A stretch of 64,000 bases of DNA, taken from positions 50,032 to 114,031 of the IMG/VR virus record IMGVR_UViG_3300022539_000610; one strand, given 5' to 3'. This document shows positions 38,541-46,980 of this stretch, piece by piece (within the stretch, counting starts at the first letter, position 1; every line of letters starts with the position of its first letter). The stretch is from a virus. The notes beneath the pieces were generated by a model, which worked only from the letters and a program-made list of their open reading frames with translations, was not told the origin of the DNA and made no database searches. A program made the translations under genes and the position numbers.

Positions 38541-39955
38541 CATTTATCTTCGCTACAGTTCGCTACTCTGTAACCGTTAAGCCTTTGCTTAACTGCTGCA
38601 TGTCTCCATGCAAGGTGTGACTATCTCATCACCTCTTCTAATGAAGAGGGCCTACCGCTTCGTTAGAAAGTGATCGTCACTTCACTCCCTAATCCGTTTT
38701 CACGGAACCCGCTTGGGCCTACTCCCTTCCGGGATAGTCGATGAACTTTCCACACTTAGCACATCTAAGTGAGTATTAGCTGCTGGTTGCCTTAACAAAT
38801 CCTCAATCCTCGAAGTTACATCAACAAATCGTTCTTTGACAACGAAAATTTGATAATCCAGTAATTTCAATTCCTCAAACTTACTTTTCTTACTTGACTT
38901 CATGTAGTAACTATGAGTTTCTTTCAACCTATTCAAAACATCCAAATGCGCTTGATAATCAACCTTAGCAATAAATAAGTTACGTATCCAGTTTACTACT
39001 TTTTTAAACCGAACCCTTCCACTTCCTGGATTTTCTATCTGTAATAATGTTGGATTCGGAATCCGAATAATGCAAATATTATAGTTTTCCTTAATATACC
39101 TATCTCTACTAACATCGTATTTAAACTGACGTTTATCCACAACGTGATGAAATCCATCCACTTCCACGCCAAGTCGCAAGAAAGGTATATAGAAATCAAG
39201 CAAATAAAAACTACGAGGAGTAAACATAACCTTTTGAAGTTGGACTGAGTTACCCTTTCTGAGATTTTTACAGATCTTCTCACGCCTATTCCTAACCATT
39301 GTCCCTACTCCACGATACTCAAATGGAAAAGATCCAAACTTAGGCTGGGTACGTAAAAGACCTACAAGGGCATTAACAACATAATCAAATATATCTTCAT
39401 ACTTAGTAGAAACCAACAAATTTTCATAACGAAACTGCGCTATTCTATCTACCCTTCTCCCACCAACCTTTATATTATCTATCCTAACATTCCTATAGTC
39501 ACTATCAATTAACTCAAACTTAAACTCATCATCAAATACACCGACGAATGATGACACAAGTAAAGGTAAAAAGTTCAAGTTAATACTACGAATCCCAACA
39601 ATCTCAAACTTAACCCTCCTGACTTTCCTTTTAGTATCATTATAAAGACTAAACTTCCAAGAATCAAGAACATGAGGGTTCCTTACCTTACTTGGGTTCA
39701 AACGAACATTCCCATAACTACTAACCTGAAATCTATCCAAGTACTTTTTATCGCCAGAATAGATATCTGCATCTATATTAACCCAATATTCCATCTTCAA
39801 AACTCCTTTGCTTCATATCCGATAAGGAAAGAGTGAAGCTTTCTTCTCTTACTAACTATCCTTACCTCGTATAGTAAAACTAAAGTCTACTATTGGTCTT
39901 CCAGCAATTCAATAGGTTTAAACTTAGGATTACTCCTAAGCCGCTCTCGATGCGA
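38541..39955 (-). ncRNA. group I intron 1 in MCP (1415 nt, contains an endonuclease ORF)
   Basis: P1 GCUU|UCG-CAU-CGAGAGC with U.G at the junction; P AAUUGCUGGAA; Q AACCAGCAG; R GUUCAUCGACUA; S GAGAUAGUC; terminal G; splicing restores GCT TTC GAT. Confidence 0.92.
38700..39800 (-). CDS. intron-encoded homing endonuclease (NUMOD4-like N-terminus, Vsr/DUF559-like nuclease)
   Basis: EYWVNI...FQVSSYGNVR; YLLDFYIPFLRLGVEVDGFHH...DVSRDRYI...IIRIPN; AGGAG RBS and TTG start. Confidence 0.85.
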   Translation of the reverse strand: MKMEYWVNIDADIYSGDKKYLDRFQVSSYGNVRLNPSKVRNPHVLDSWKFSLYNDTKRKVRRVKFEIVGIRSINLNFLPLLVSSFVGVFDDEFKFELIDSDYRNVRIDNIKVGGRRVDRIAQFRYENLLVSTKYEDIFDYVVNALVGLLRTQPKFGSFPFEYRGVGTMVRNRREKICKNLRKGNSVQLQKVMFTPRSFYLLDFYIPFLRLGVEVDGFHHVVDKRQFKYDVSRDRYIKENYNICIIRIPNPTLLQIENPGSGRVRFKKVVNWIRNLFIAKVDYQAHLDVLNRLKETHSYYMKSSKKSKFEELKLLDYQIFVVKERFVDVTSRIEDLLRQPAANTHLDVLSVESSSTIPEGSRPKRVP

Positions 39956-40196
39956 AAGCTACATCAGGAATCTTACCCAGTTGAGTCAGGGTTCCATCGT
40001 CCTCACAGATAGACCTGTAAATTTCAAAGGCCTCCAACTGCTTGCCTAACTGATAGTAGTCATACGGAGTGATAGATCTCACTTTAGAAAGAGGACTCTT
40101 TTCTAAAAGCTCCATCTGCCCTTTATACCGCTTGAGGTAACCATCAGCATCTCGCTCTACGTTCTTTCCTAGAGCTTCTTCCGTTATGCTAATCAT
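39956..40196 (-). CDS. major capsid protein, exon 1
   Basis: GGAGG then ATG 40196 (MISITEE...IPDVA); directly follows the protease/scaffold gene; spliced product is 479 aa. Confidence 0.88.
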
Positions 40197-40295
40197 AATT
40201 TCCTCCAAAAATAGCATTGTTTACGGTTTACAGCCTGGAGTGCAGACTTCGCTTCTAGCCTAAATGATCCCACTAAAAATAGGATCGGTAATTCC

Positions 40296-41858
40296 TCATC
40301 TTGAAAACTGACCTAACATTCTCTCACCACGACTTGTACTAGAGATAGACTTTTTTGACTCAGAGATCTCTTCACCCTCACCAGGCTCATCCTTGTCTTC
40401 CTTCATCTCATAACTTTTGGAGACAGAAAGTCCGAAGTTCTCTCTCATGATGTTACCAGTTTCAATAGCAGCGTCCTTGGAACCAGTGTTGTCAAGTAAT
40501 TTCCCAGCCTTTTCATCATCGATCCCAAGGGCCTCTGCGACATCTTTTACATCCCGGGTTCGTTTGCTTTTTCTCATATCTTCAACAATTGTCTCCGTGA
40601 GTTCCAAGAGTCTCTCAATTTCCTCTGGGGTACCGAGTTCCAGGAATGACTCAGCCAAATCCATCACCCCTTCGATGTCTTCTGGGGTACCGAGCTCAGA
40701 GATCTTCTCAACAAAGTCCTTTGTCTTTTCAAATGCCTCGTTGATCTCACCAGGGGCACCAAGATCTGTATACTGCTGAAGCACATCCAGAGCCTCATTC
40801 AACTCTGCGATTGAGCCTAGTTCTTTGATGGACTCAGCAAGTTTCTTTGCTCCCTCTAAGGCCTGCTCAACCTCTTCCGCTGATCCTATATCCTTATAAG
40901 ACTCAGTGGCAGCAGTAAGATCCGTAACTTGCTCCTTGGCTGCTTTAAGATCCTTCTGAGTGCCCTCAACTGCCTCTAACACCTTAGAGAGCTCTGAGAC
41001 AGTTCCCAGCTCCTTATACTCCTTCAGGGATTCCTCAGAAGCACTTACCCTATCCTTGGCAACTGCGAGTTTGCCTTTTAAGTCTTCGTTGTCTGCCAGT
41101 ACCTTGTCCAGATCAGCTTGAATGTTGTTCTTCTCTGTCACAAGATTTTCCAGCATTTTAGTTTCTTTCTCTTTAGCTTCCATAATGAAAACCTCCTCAT
41201 TGGTTTCTTGTTCTTGTTCTTGTTTATTATCAGCAGTAGAATCTTCATCTACTACTAGTTCTTCTTTTACTATCTCAGGATCAATTCCATCCTCAACTAA
41301 CTCAGGAATTGCCCCTTTAACTCCTCCAATCTTCACAAAGTCAAACGTTTCCAACCTGAAAGTGTCAGGATCTATAGCTTGTGCTTCGCCTGTCGGAGTA
41401 TTAACCTTACCTTTAAACTTCCCATAAGCACGAGAGGAGGTTGCAAGTCTAACTCCTCCTCGAAAATATGTATTCAACACCTGCCCTGTTGGTGTGTTAA
41501 GAATAAGAGCTTCAATCATCCCTATGTGTGGATCGCCCTCATCCATCCAGAGCTTGACTATTCTATGAGAGGCTTTACCTTCACGAAGGGCCTTGTCATC
41601 CAGCTCCTGATCATGTCCAATGGTGCCAAGCATGAGGCCATTGTCCATATTTTTCTGATTCTCAGTAATCACTTTCGACCAAAGCTTCTTCTTGTAGTAC
41701 CTCCCATTTTCGCTTGCTCCATCAACAATGAAGCCCTGCCCACGAACACGGGCTAAGATATGCTTCCCATCTATAATAGGGTCACCCTTGGCCTCACAAA
41801 GTTGCCAGGCCGTTTCAAACATAAATTGGTCTCTAATAAGTTCTAATCCATTTTCCAT
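40296..41858 (-). CDS. prohead protease (T4 gp21-like) fused to scaffold/core domain
   Basis: NGRYY, GTIGH, ASHRI, ILNTPTGQ, SSRAYG, FRLETFDFV; then acidic coiled coil with repeats. Confidence 0.92.
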   Translation of the reverse strand: MENGLELIRDQFMFETAWQLCEAKGDPIIDGKHILARVRGQGFIVDGASENGRYYKKKLWSKVITENQKNMDNGLMLGTIGHDQELDDKALREGKASHRIVKLWMDEGDPHIGMIEALILNTPTGQVLNTYFRGGVRLATSSRAYGKFKGKVNTPTGEAQAIDPDTFRLETFDFVKIGGVKGAIPELVEDGIDPEIVKEELVVDEDSTADNKQEQEQETNEEVFIMEAKEKETKMLENLVTEKNNIQADLDKVLADNEDLKGKLAVAKDRVSASEESLKEYKELGTVSELSKVLEAVEGTQKDLKAAKEQVTDLTAATESYKDIGSAEEVEQALEGAKKLAESIKELGSIAELNEALDVLQQYTDLGAPGEINEAFEKTKDFVEKISELGTPEDIEGVMDLAESFLELGTPEEIERLLELTETIVEDMRKSKRTRDVKDVAEALGIDDEKAGKLLDNTGSKDAAIETGNIMRENFGLSVSKSYEMKEDKDEPGEGEEISESKKSISSTSRGERMLGQFSR

Positions 41859-41901
41859 TGTTTAACTCCCAATAAATCAAAGTTTCTTAACAAAACAATT
41901 C

Positions 41902-42150
41902 TCAATAATTAGACCATAAAGGTTTTCCAACATCTCCCCACACCCCTTTTTCTTTCTTCCAAACCTCAATATAAAACTTAGCCTTCGAATACTGTTGTAC
42001 CAAATCCTTTGCAGCCTTTATTGCTTCCTTTGAATCTTTATAGTAAGATGACATATCCTCTAATACTTCATCAGAACTACGATCATATACAAAAACCCCA
42101 TAATCATCTTTAGCTTCAATAAGATCTAATATATCTCTTGCTTTACTCAT
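41902..42150 (-). CDS. leader-tagged small protein
   Basis: MSKARDILDLIE. Confidence 0.75.
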   Translation of the reverse strand: MSKARDILDLIEAKDDYGVFVYDRSSDEVLEDMSSYYKDSKEAIKAAKDLVQQYSKAKFYIEVWKKEKGVWGDVGKPLWSNY

Positions 42151-42860
42151 CTCTTTTCCTCCAATAGTTTTTGTTTCATGTGCTCAAACTTCTCAGTCAG
42201 AAAATAAGTATTCTCTTCATCGCCTTCATGTTGAGCCCAAATGCTTTCAACCTCTTTAGTTTCTATATCTAATACTTCCGCGATCAACTTATGAACCTCT
42301 CCTATCTCTACAAGCCGAAGTAGAAGTTCAAATTCATCCTCATTAAACTTATATCCTATATCTTCATAAAGCTCTGACTCGACAGTTCTCAAAATAGGAA
42401 GGGCATAGTCAGTAAACATTTCAAACTCCACCTGCTCACTCAGAGGCATATAATATCCTTGCTCAATATACATGTGAGTACGCATAGAGGAGATTGCCTT
42501 CAATGCTAAATCTCTACTAAGTATAAGGGCCTCACTCTTTCCCCTCTTCTTCTCTTTAGGTGGGGCAAGGAAGTAACGAGTTGCTAAGAACCTTCCCATT
42601 GAGCGATGCAACCTCTTGCCCTTGATTGAACGGTGAAATTTCTGAATCCCTTTCATGTACCGCCACCGATACTTTCGCCAGTCAGACTTTGCTATCTGGG
42701 CACGTCGAAAGTTCTTCAACCGTGGTACTACATGCTTACGTCTCTTAATGAACTCTTCAAAAAGGGCAGATGAGTAATCATCAGGATCTTGATCAATAAG
42801 ATCTATCCTGCCTACTTCGGACAAGAAATTTAGTTTGTCTTCTGATGATTGGAGTTTCAC
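42147..42860 (-). CDS. hypothetical head-region protein with a basic central segment
   Basis: WRKYRWRYMKGIQKFHRSIKGKRLHR; tiled in the operon. Confidence 0.65.
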   Translation of the reverse strand: MKLQSSEDKLNFLSEVGRIDLIDQDPDDYSSALFEEFIKRRKHVVPRLKNFRRAQIAKSDWRKYRWRYMKGIQKFHRSIKGKRLHRSMGRFLATRYFLAPPKEKKRGKSEALILSRDLALKAISSMRTHMYIEQGYYMPLSEQVEFEMFTDYALPILRTVESELYEDIGYKFNEDEFELLLRLVEIGEVHKLIAEVLDIETKEVESIWAQHEGDEENTYFLTEKFEHMKQKLLEEKR

Positions 42861-43316
42861 CTACTTAACCCTCTCAAACTTCTGAACCACTCTATGTGAA
42901 AAAACACGCATTTCTCCAATTTTACCCTTCATGATCGTGTAGTACCCATCATGCCCTATTGAATGTATAGCTTTACTCATATCATCCACATCAGCCCTCG
43001 TAGGGTCTATACCAGAATCCTTCAACCAATCATACACCTCTTTATGCTTAGGTTTTTTACTCTTACCCTGCCAAAAATTGTAATCGACTACTAGTGGGTT
43101 CTTTAAACTTATCCATACTTTGAAAAGGTCATCACCATAATCTAATGCATACTCAGGGTCCTCTGTAAATGAAATCCCAAGGTATCCATCAGCTTCATCC
43201 CGAGACAAGTGAAATCTTCCTGCCTTCTCAATCTCATCACCCTGACGAGTTCCATGATAAAAAATAAAAGCCTTTGCCTCCACTAAACTCAAAATCTTTG
43301 AAGCTCTACTCACCAT
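42861..43316 (-). CDS. leader-tagged ADP-ribosyltransferase-fold (ART-PolyVal-like) protein
   Basis: MVSRASKILSLVE; FYHGT, GISFTEDPEYALDYG, ISLKNPL, GHDGY, EMRVF. Confidence 0.75.
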   Translation of the reverse strand: MVSRASKILSLVEAKAFIFYHGTRQGDEIEKAGRFHLSRDEADGYLGISFTEDPEYALDYGDDLFKVWISLKNPLVVDYNFWQGKSKKPKHKEVYDWLKDSGIDPTRADVDDMSKAIHSIGHDGYYTIMKGKIGEMRVFSHRVVQKFERVK

Positions 43317-43904
43317 CTATCCTTTAATCTTTTTTGCAAATTTCTTATTTGTGTCAGTTTTTAAACCAAGATCCTTCATCTTATCAACACGTGATCTATC
43401 CTTGTCACTCATACTGTCTTTTTTCATAATAATAGGAAGTTTTTGTTTTCCCTTCCCTCGCATCACGGAGACCTGAGCAATAGTCTCTTCAACTTCTCCA
43501 CTATCTACCTCACCAGCCATAAGCAAAGCATTAAGGACGCTTTTGTTCAACCACGACAAATCTGCCAAATCCAATATCAAGTCATCTCCAATCTCAATGA
43601 TACCTGGATCAAAGGGATCAAGGAGAATCGTTATTTGTTCATCGTCATCACTTACAACTGAAGCCAAAGGACCTTGATCATCTTCAATACCAAACCAGAC
43701 CGTCACTTCATCCCCTTCCTCATCATAGAAGGTGACAAAGGGGCCTTCATCCAAATCTAACACTACAGAGACACCAATATTGGAATAACCAAAACTATCA
43801 AGTTTATCGAGGAACTCATCTTCAATCTCTTTCGCAGAAGAGGCTCCGTAATGTGATAAAGATAGGAATTCATTAATTTTATTCGTTACGTCAATCGCTT
43901 TCAT
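43317..43904 (-). CDS. acidic hypothetical protein with leader-like N-terminus
   Basis: MKAIDVTNKINE. Confidence 0.65.
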   Translation of the reverse strand: MKAIDVTNKINEFLSLSHYGASSAKEIEDEFLDKLDSFGYSNIGVSVVLDLDEGPFVTFYDEEGDEVTVWFGIEDDQGPLASVVSDDDEQITILLDPFDPGIIEIGDDLILDLADLSWLNKSVLNALLMAGEVDSGEVEETIAQVSVMRGKGKQKLPIIMKKDSMSDKDRSRVDKMKDLGLKTDTNKKFAKKIKG

Positions 43905-44293
43905 TACTTACCCCCCGCATAGATTTCTCGTCCCTTCTTAATCACTTCCTTATCATAACCTATCTGTCTAGTGATCCAATCCTCTATCTCACTCCACTCT
44001 TTCCCTTCTTTCTTCATTTTAAGAATCTGTTTCTCCATACCTTCCACTTTCTTTGATTGAGCTTCATCTAAAATGACCCTGGCACGAGACATGTTTAGAG
44101 GTTTCTCAATACATACTCTGTCAACAAGACGTAAAGGGAACATAGCACTAACGTCTTCTAAGTCCTTGTCAATCTGTTCAGTGGTTTCTCTATCCATCAT
44201 AACCTTATGCTCCCCTTTCGGGAGGTCAGGTCCGGGTAGACTAACTCGTACATTTCTCAAACTTTCGCTTACTTTCGTTCTACGTCTTCTCAT
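43904..44293 (-). CDS. hypothetical protein with an internal leader at 44092
   Basis: Internal MSRARVILDE at residue 68. Confidence 0.6.
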   Translation of the reverse strand: MRRRRTKVSESLRNVRVSLPGPDLPKGEHKVMMDRETTEQIDKDLEDVSAMFPLRLVDRVCIEKPLNMSRARVILDEAQSKKVEGMEKQILKMKKEGKEWSEIEDWITRQIGYDKEVIKKGREIYAGGK

Positions 44294-44520
44294 TTCAAAT
44301 CCCCCTTCTTTACAATGTAGAATACTCGAGTCTTTTCATTGCTTATAACCATATACTTCAGGTCCTCTTCATCAGGTCCTAGTACAGTGTAAGTGCCAGC
44401 AGGAACAGTTTCAGGCTTCCTTGTAGTATAGTGAAGCCCTTTTATTGGCTTTTGAAAAGTTACAGTATCACTCTTCTCCAACACTTGCGTTAATAGAGTA
44501 GTTATTTCTGTTGCTTTCAT
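44290..44520 (-). CDS. small protein with leader-like N-terminus
   Basis: MKATEITTLLTQVLE. Confidence 0.65.
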   Translation of the reverse strand: MKATEITTLLTQVLEKSDTVTFQKPIKGLHYTTRKPETVPAGTYTVLGPDEEDLKYMVISNEKTRVFYIVKKGDLK

Positions 44521-44939
44521 TGTCTCTCCTTTTCCTGACGATACTTTTTCAAATAATCAGTAACTTTAATATACTTATCTACCCAAGTCCAATCCTTCCA
44601 AGACCAAGTGGGGAATGGTTGATCATGTATCGAAGGTCGTAAATGACCATACCTCAAAACATGAGAATCAGTCATTACACCATTAGTAGCAGAACCCATC
44701 AATAATGTTGGTTCACGATAATCTCTACTATCTCCAATCCTTCTCCAAACATGGCCATGATTAGCCTTGCTAGCATCAAAAGCATACACTTTCTTACTTT
44801 TAATATCTGCTATAAACCTAACTTCCGTCCCAAGCTCTCTAAGTTCACCTTTAGAAGGATTAATGAAAATATCAACCATTCCAAGGGCTGACCTAAAACT
44901 TGTAAAATACTTCTCTAAGATGTTCCTTGCTCTACTCAT
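44517..44939 (-). CDS. leader-tagged protein, distant paralog of 52951-53388
   Basis: MSRARNILE; VDIFINPS...RFIAD..KVYAFDASKANH. Confidence 0.75.
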   Translation of the reverse strand: MSRARNILEKYFTSFRSALGMVDIFINPSKGELRELGTEVRFIADIKSKKVYAFDASKANHGHVWRRIGDSRDYREPTLLMGSATNGVMTDSHVLRYGHLRPSIHDQPFPTWSWKDWTWVDKYIKVTDYLKKYRQEKERQ

Positions 44940-44955
44940 ATCAAGTTCTTACTTA

Positions 44956-45192
44956 CTATTTCCCGAGATATTTTGTTTTAAGAGAGGCGCAAAATCCTTC
45001 TGGACTTTCAAGACCTTCACCCTTCATCTTAGCCACACACTCACGGAAAAATCCCTTGGGGTCACCCTTAGTCTTACCAGTTAACTCCTTGGCAAATTTA
45101 TCTAAGGACTCTTTTGTCCATCCTTTAGGGAGATCTTCCCATTCTTCACTCAAACTGTCAATCATTTCTAAAATATCTCTTGCTTTACTCAT
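44956..45192 (-). CDS. leader-tagged small protein
   Basis: MSKARDILEMIDSLSE. Confidence 0.75.
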   Translation of the reverse strand: MSKARDILEMIDSLSEEWEDLPKGWTKESLDKFAKELTGKTKGDPKGFFRECVAKMKGEGLESPEGFCASLKTKYLGK

Positions 45193-45196
45193 ATTA

Positions 45197-45898
45197 CTAC
45201 TCCTTAATTGTCAAGGCATCACAGAATCCATACTTTCGACGCTCTATAACTTCTTTAAGGATTTTTCCTTCAGCTAACTTAACCATCATCTTCTTTCTAC
45301 ACACAGAATCCACCTTCTCGCTAATAGGAATTTGAGATAAAAGAGAAACTAACTCAGGATCAAGATAAGGAAGATAAACTTTAATATCCCCACTGTTTCT
45401 GTCAAGAGGAGCCAAATGCTCTTCTTGAAGTCGTTGAACATAATCAAAGTACATTTCCTCACTCGGATCTTTCTGATGGGCATAATAACCACACATATAC
45501 TCATCTATACCATCACAAGAAATAATCTCAGAAACCCCTAGTTTAGCTAAATTATCATAAAAAGCTTTAACGATCTCGTCGCCAGGAAACCCATCCTGTA
45601 CCGGAGGAATATCATCAGGAATATAGGTATGAAGTGTTGCTGCCCTAAAACGGTTTGCAATTAAATTAGCATGTATATAATCGGGGTGTTCGGTATTCTT
45701 CGCAATCACATAACAGTTTATTTCTTCTCTTTCACAAAGCACAGCTAAATACCACAGAATCAAAGATGAATCCAACCCCCCTGACAAGGCCAAGTTGTTA
45801 CAATCAATCATAGACAAGGCATTCAATATTCCCCTATCTATATCATCAATAGTTATTTTTCGACCTACACGATGCCACCATAAAGGAAATTCAATCAT
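45197..45898 (-). CDS. asparagine synthase C-terminal domain protein (no glutaminase domain)
   Basis: LALSGGLDSS, DGIDEYMCGY, LPYLD, ERRKYGF. Confidence 0.88.
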   Translation of the reverse strand: MIEFPLWWHRVGRKITIDDIDRGILNALSMIDCNNLALSGGLDSSLILWYLAVLCEREEINCYVIAKNTEHPDYIHANLIANRFRAATLHTYIPDDIPPVQDGFPGDEIVKAFYDNLAKLGVSEIISCDGIDEYMCGYYAHQKDPSEEMYFDYVQRLQEEHLAPLDRNSGDIKVYLPYLDPELVSLLSQIPISEKVDSVCRKKMMVKLAEGKILKEVIERRKYGFCDALTIKE

Positions 45899-46626
45899 AA
45901 CTCCTCTCCTTTGTAATTTTGTTTTATTCTATCCACAATCATATCAAAATGCTTACTGTTGAATTCAAATGCAACTACATCCATATCGTTCATCAAAGCC
46001 ACAACTATGTCTGTACCAGATCCACCAAACAAACTTAACAACTTTCCTCCTGGCACAGCGACTGGCTTTACACAGTAATCGACCACCTCCACGGGCTTGG
46101 CACCATCCTTGAACTTGTTGTCCTCAATCTTTAGTATGGGAAAAGGAAAGACATCAGGATATTTCCCATGGAAAGCAGACTCAAATCCGTAATAAAGAAT
46201 GGTCTCATGAGACCGTTGGAAATTGGTCCCGTCATCGAAATCGAAATGGTTTTCATATGTCCAGCTTATCCACCTCCTGAAGGGAATATCATAGTTATCA
46301 TCAAGCACCGATTTTATGATACTTGCCCCCTCCGGATAGTTGAAGATGAACAATGATCCATTGTTCCTCAGCTTAGACAAACAAGAAGTGAACAGTCTTA
46401 TGTAACACGATCGAAAATCCAGCCTCCCTTGCAGCTGGCCCAAATCGAAATCGTCCCAATCAGCATCTGCCCATCCATACTCAGGCCAGTTGCCGTAAGG
46501 CCCGTCACATATGATTACATCGAACATCTCATCTAATGTAGAAACCGAAAGATTGTTCTCAAGATACAACTGTACTTTACAAATTCGATTTTTCCCTTGA
46601 ATACAAAAGTCTCTTTCCGTTACCAT
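45895..46626 (-). CDS. N4/N6 DNA methyltransferase (beta-class order)
   Basis: FDVIICDGPY (DPPY variant), HETILYY, KPVEV, LFGGSGT. Confidence 0.85.
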   Translation of the reverse strand: MVTERDFCIQGKNRICKVQLYLENNLSVSTLDEMFDVIICDGPYGNWPEYGWADADWDDFDLGQLQGRLDFRSCYIRLFTSCLSKLRNNGSLFIFNYPEGASIIKSVLDDNYDIPFRRWISWTYENHFDFDDGTNFQRSHETILYYGFESAFHGKYPDVFPFPILKIEDNKFKDGAKPVEVVDYCVKPVAVPGGKLLSLFGGSGTDIVVALMNDMDVVAFEFNSKHFDMIVDRIKQNYKGEEL

Positions 46627-46967
46627 ATCTTCCCTTTCTCTTTATTCTTCATACCAGGGCTTAGTATCTTTGGTTTTATCCCACTCTTAGTAGCTTCTTC
46701 ATCTGACCAGTTAATGTCCTGAGTAGGCTCCAGTCCGGCTACTATATGGTAGGTACCATCCTTTACTACTTTTCCATTAACATAAGCTTTACCATCCTTC
46801 ACAACCAAGTGTTCTTGAGTAAATAGATTGCACAAATGGTCATACAAATTGCAATGATGCAGTTCCTCAGTACCTTTCTTATCCTCTCCTGGATGTAAAT
46901 GATGAAGTAGATACTCATAATCTTTAATGATCCCTAAAGCTTCTAATACATTTCGTGCTTTTGACAT
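46620..46967 (-). CDS. leader-tagged His-rich protein
   Basis: MSKARNVLE after a GAGG RBS. Confidence 0.7.
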   Translation of the reverse strand: MSKARNVLEALGIIKDYEYLLHHLHPGEDKKGTEELHHCNLYDHLCNLFTQEHLVVKDGKAYVNGKVVKDGTYHIVAGLEPTQDINWSDEEATKSGIKPKILSPGMKNKEKGKIW

Positions 46968-46980
46968 AACTATTTCCTCT

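Noticed and set aside
36967-40196. MCP as a pseudogene, intein-split gene or product of stop-codon reassignment
   Set aside because: The interruptions have complete group I features and splice in frame. There are no intein motifs, and other genes tile normally using TAA, TAG and TGA as stops.
40200-40295. T4-type late promoter (TATAAATA) upstream of the capsid or sheath genes
   Set aside because: Not present by eye; only a small hairpin is seen, so no promoter is called.
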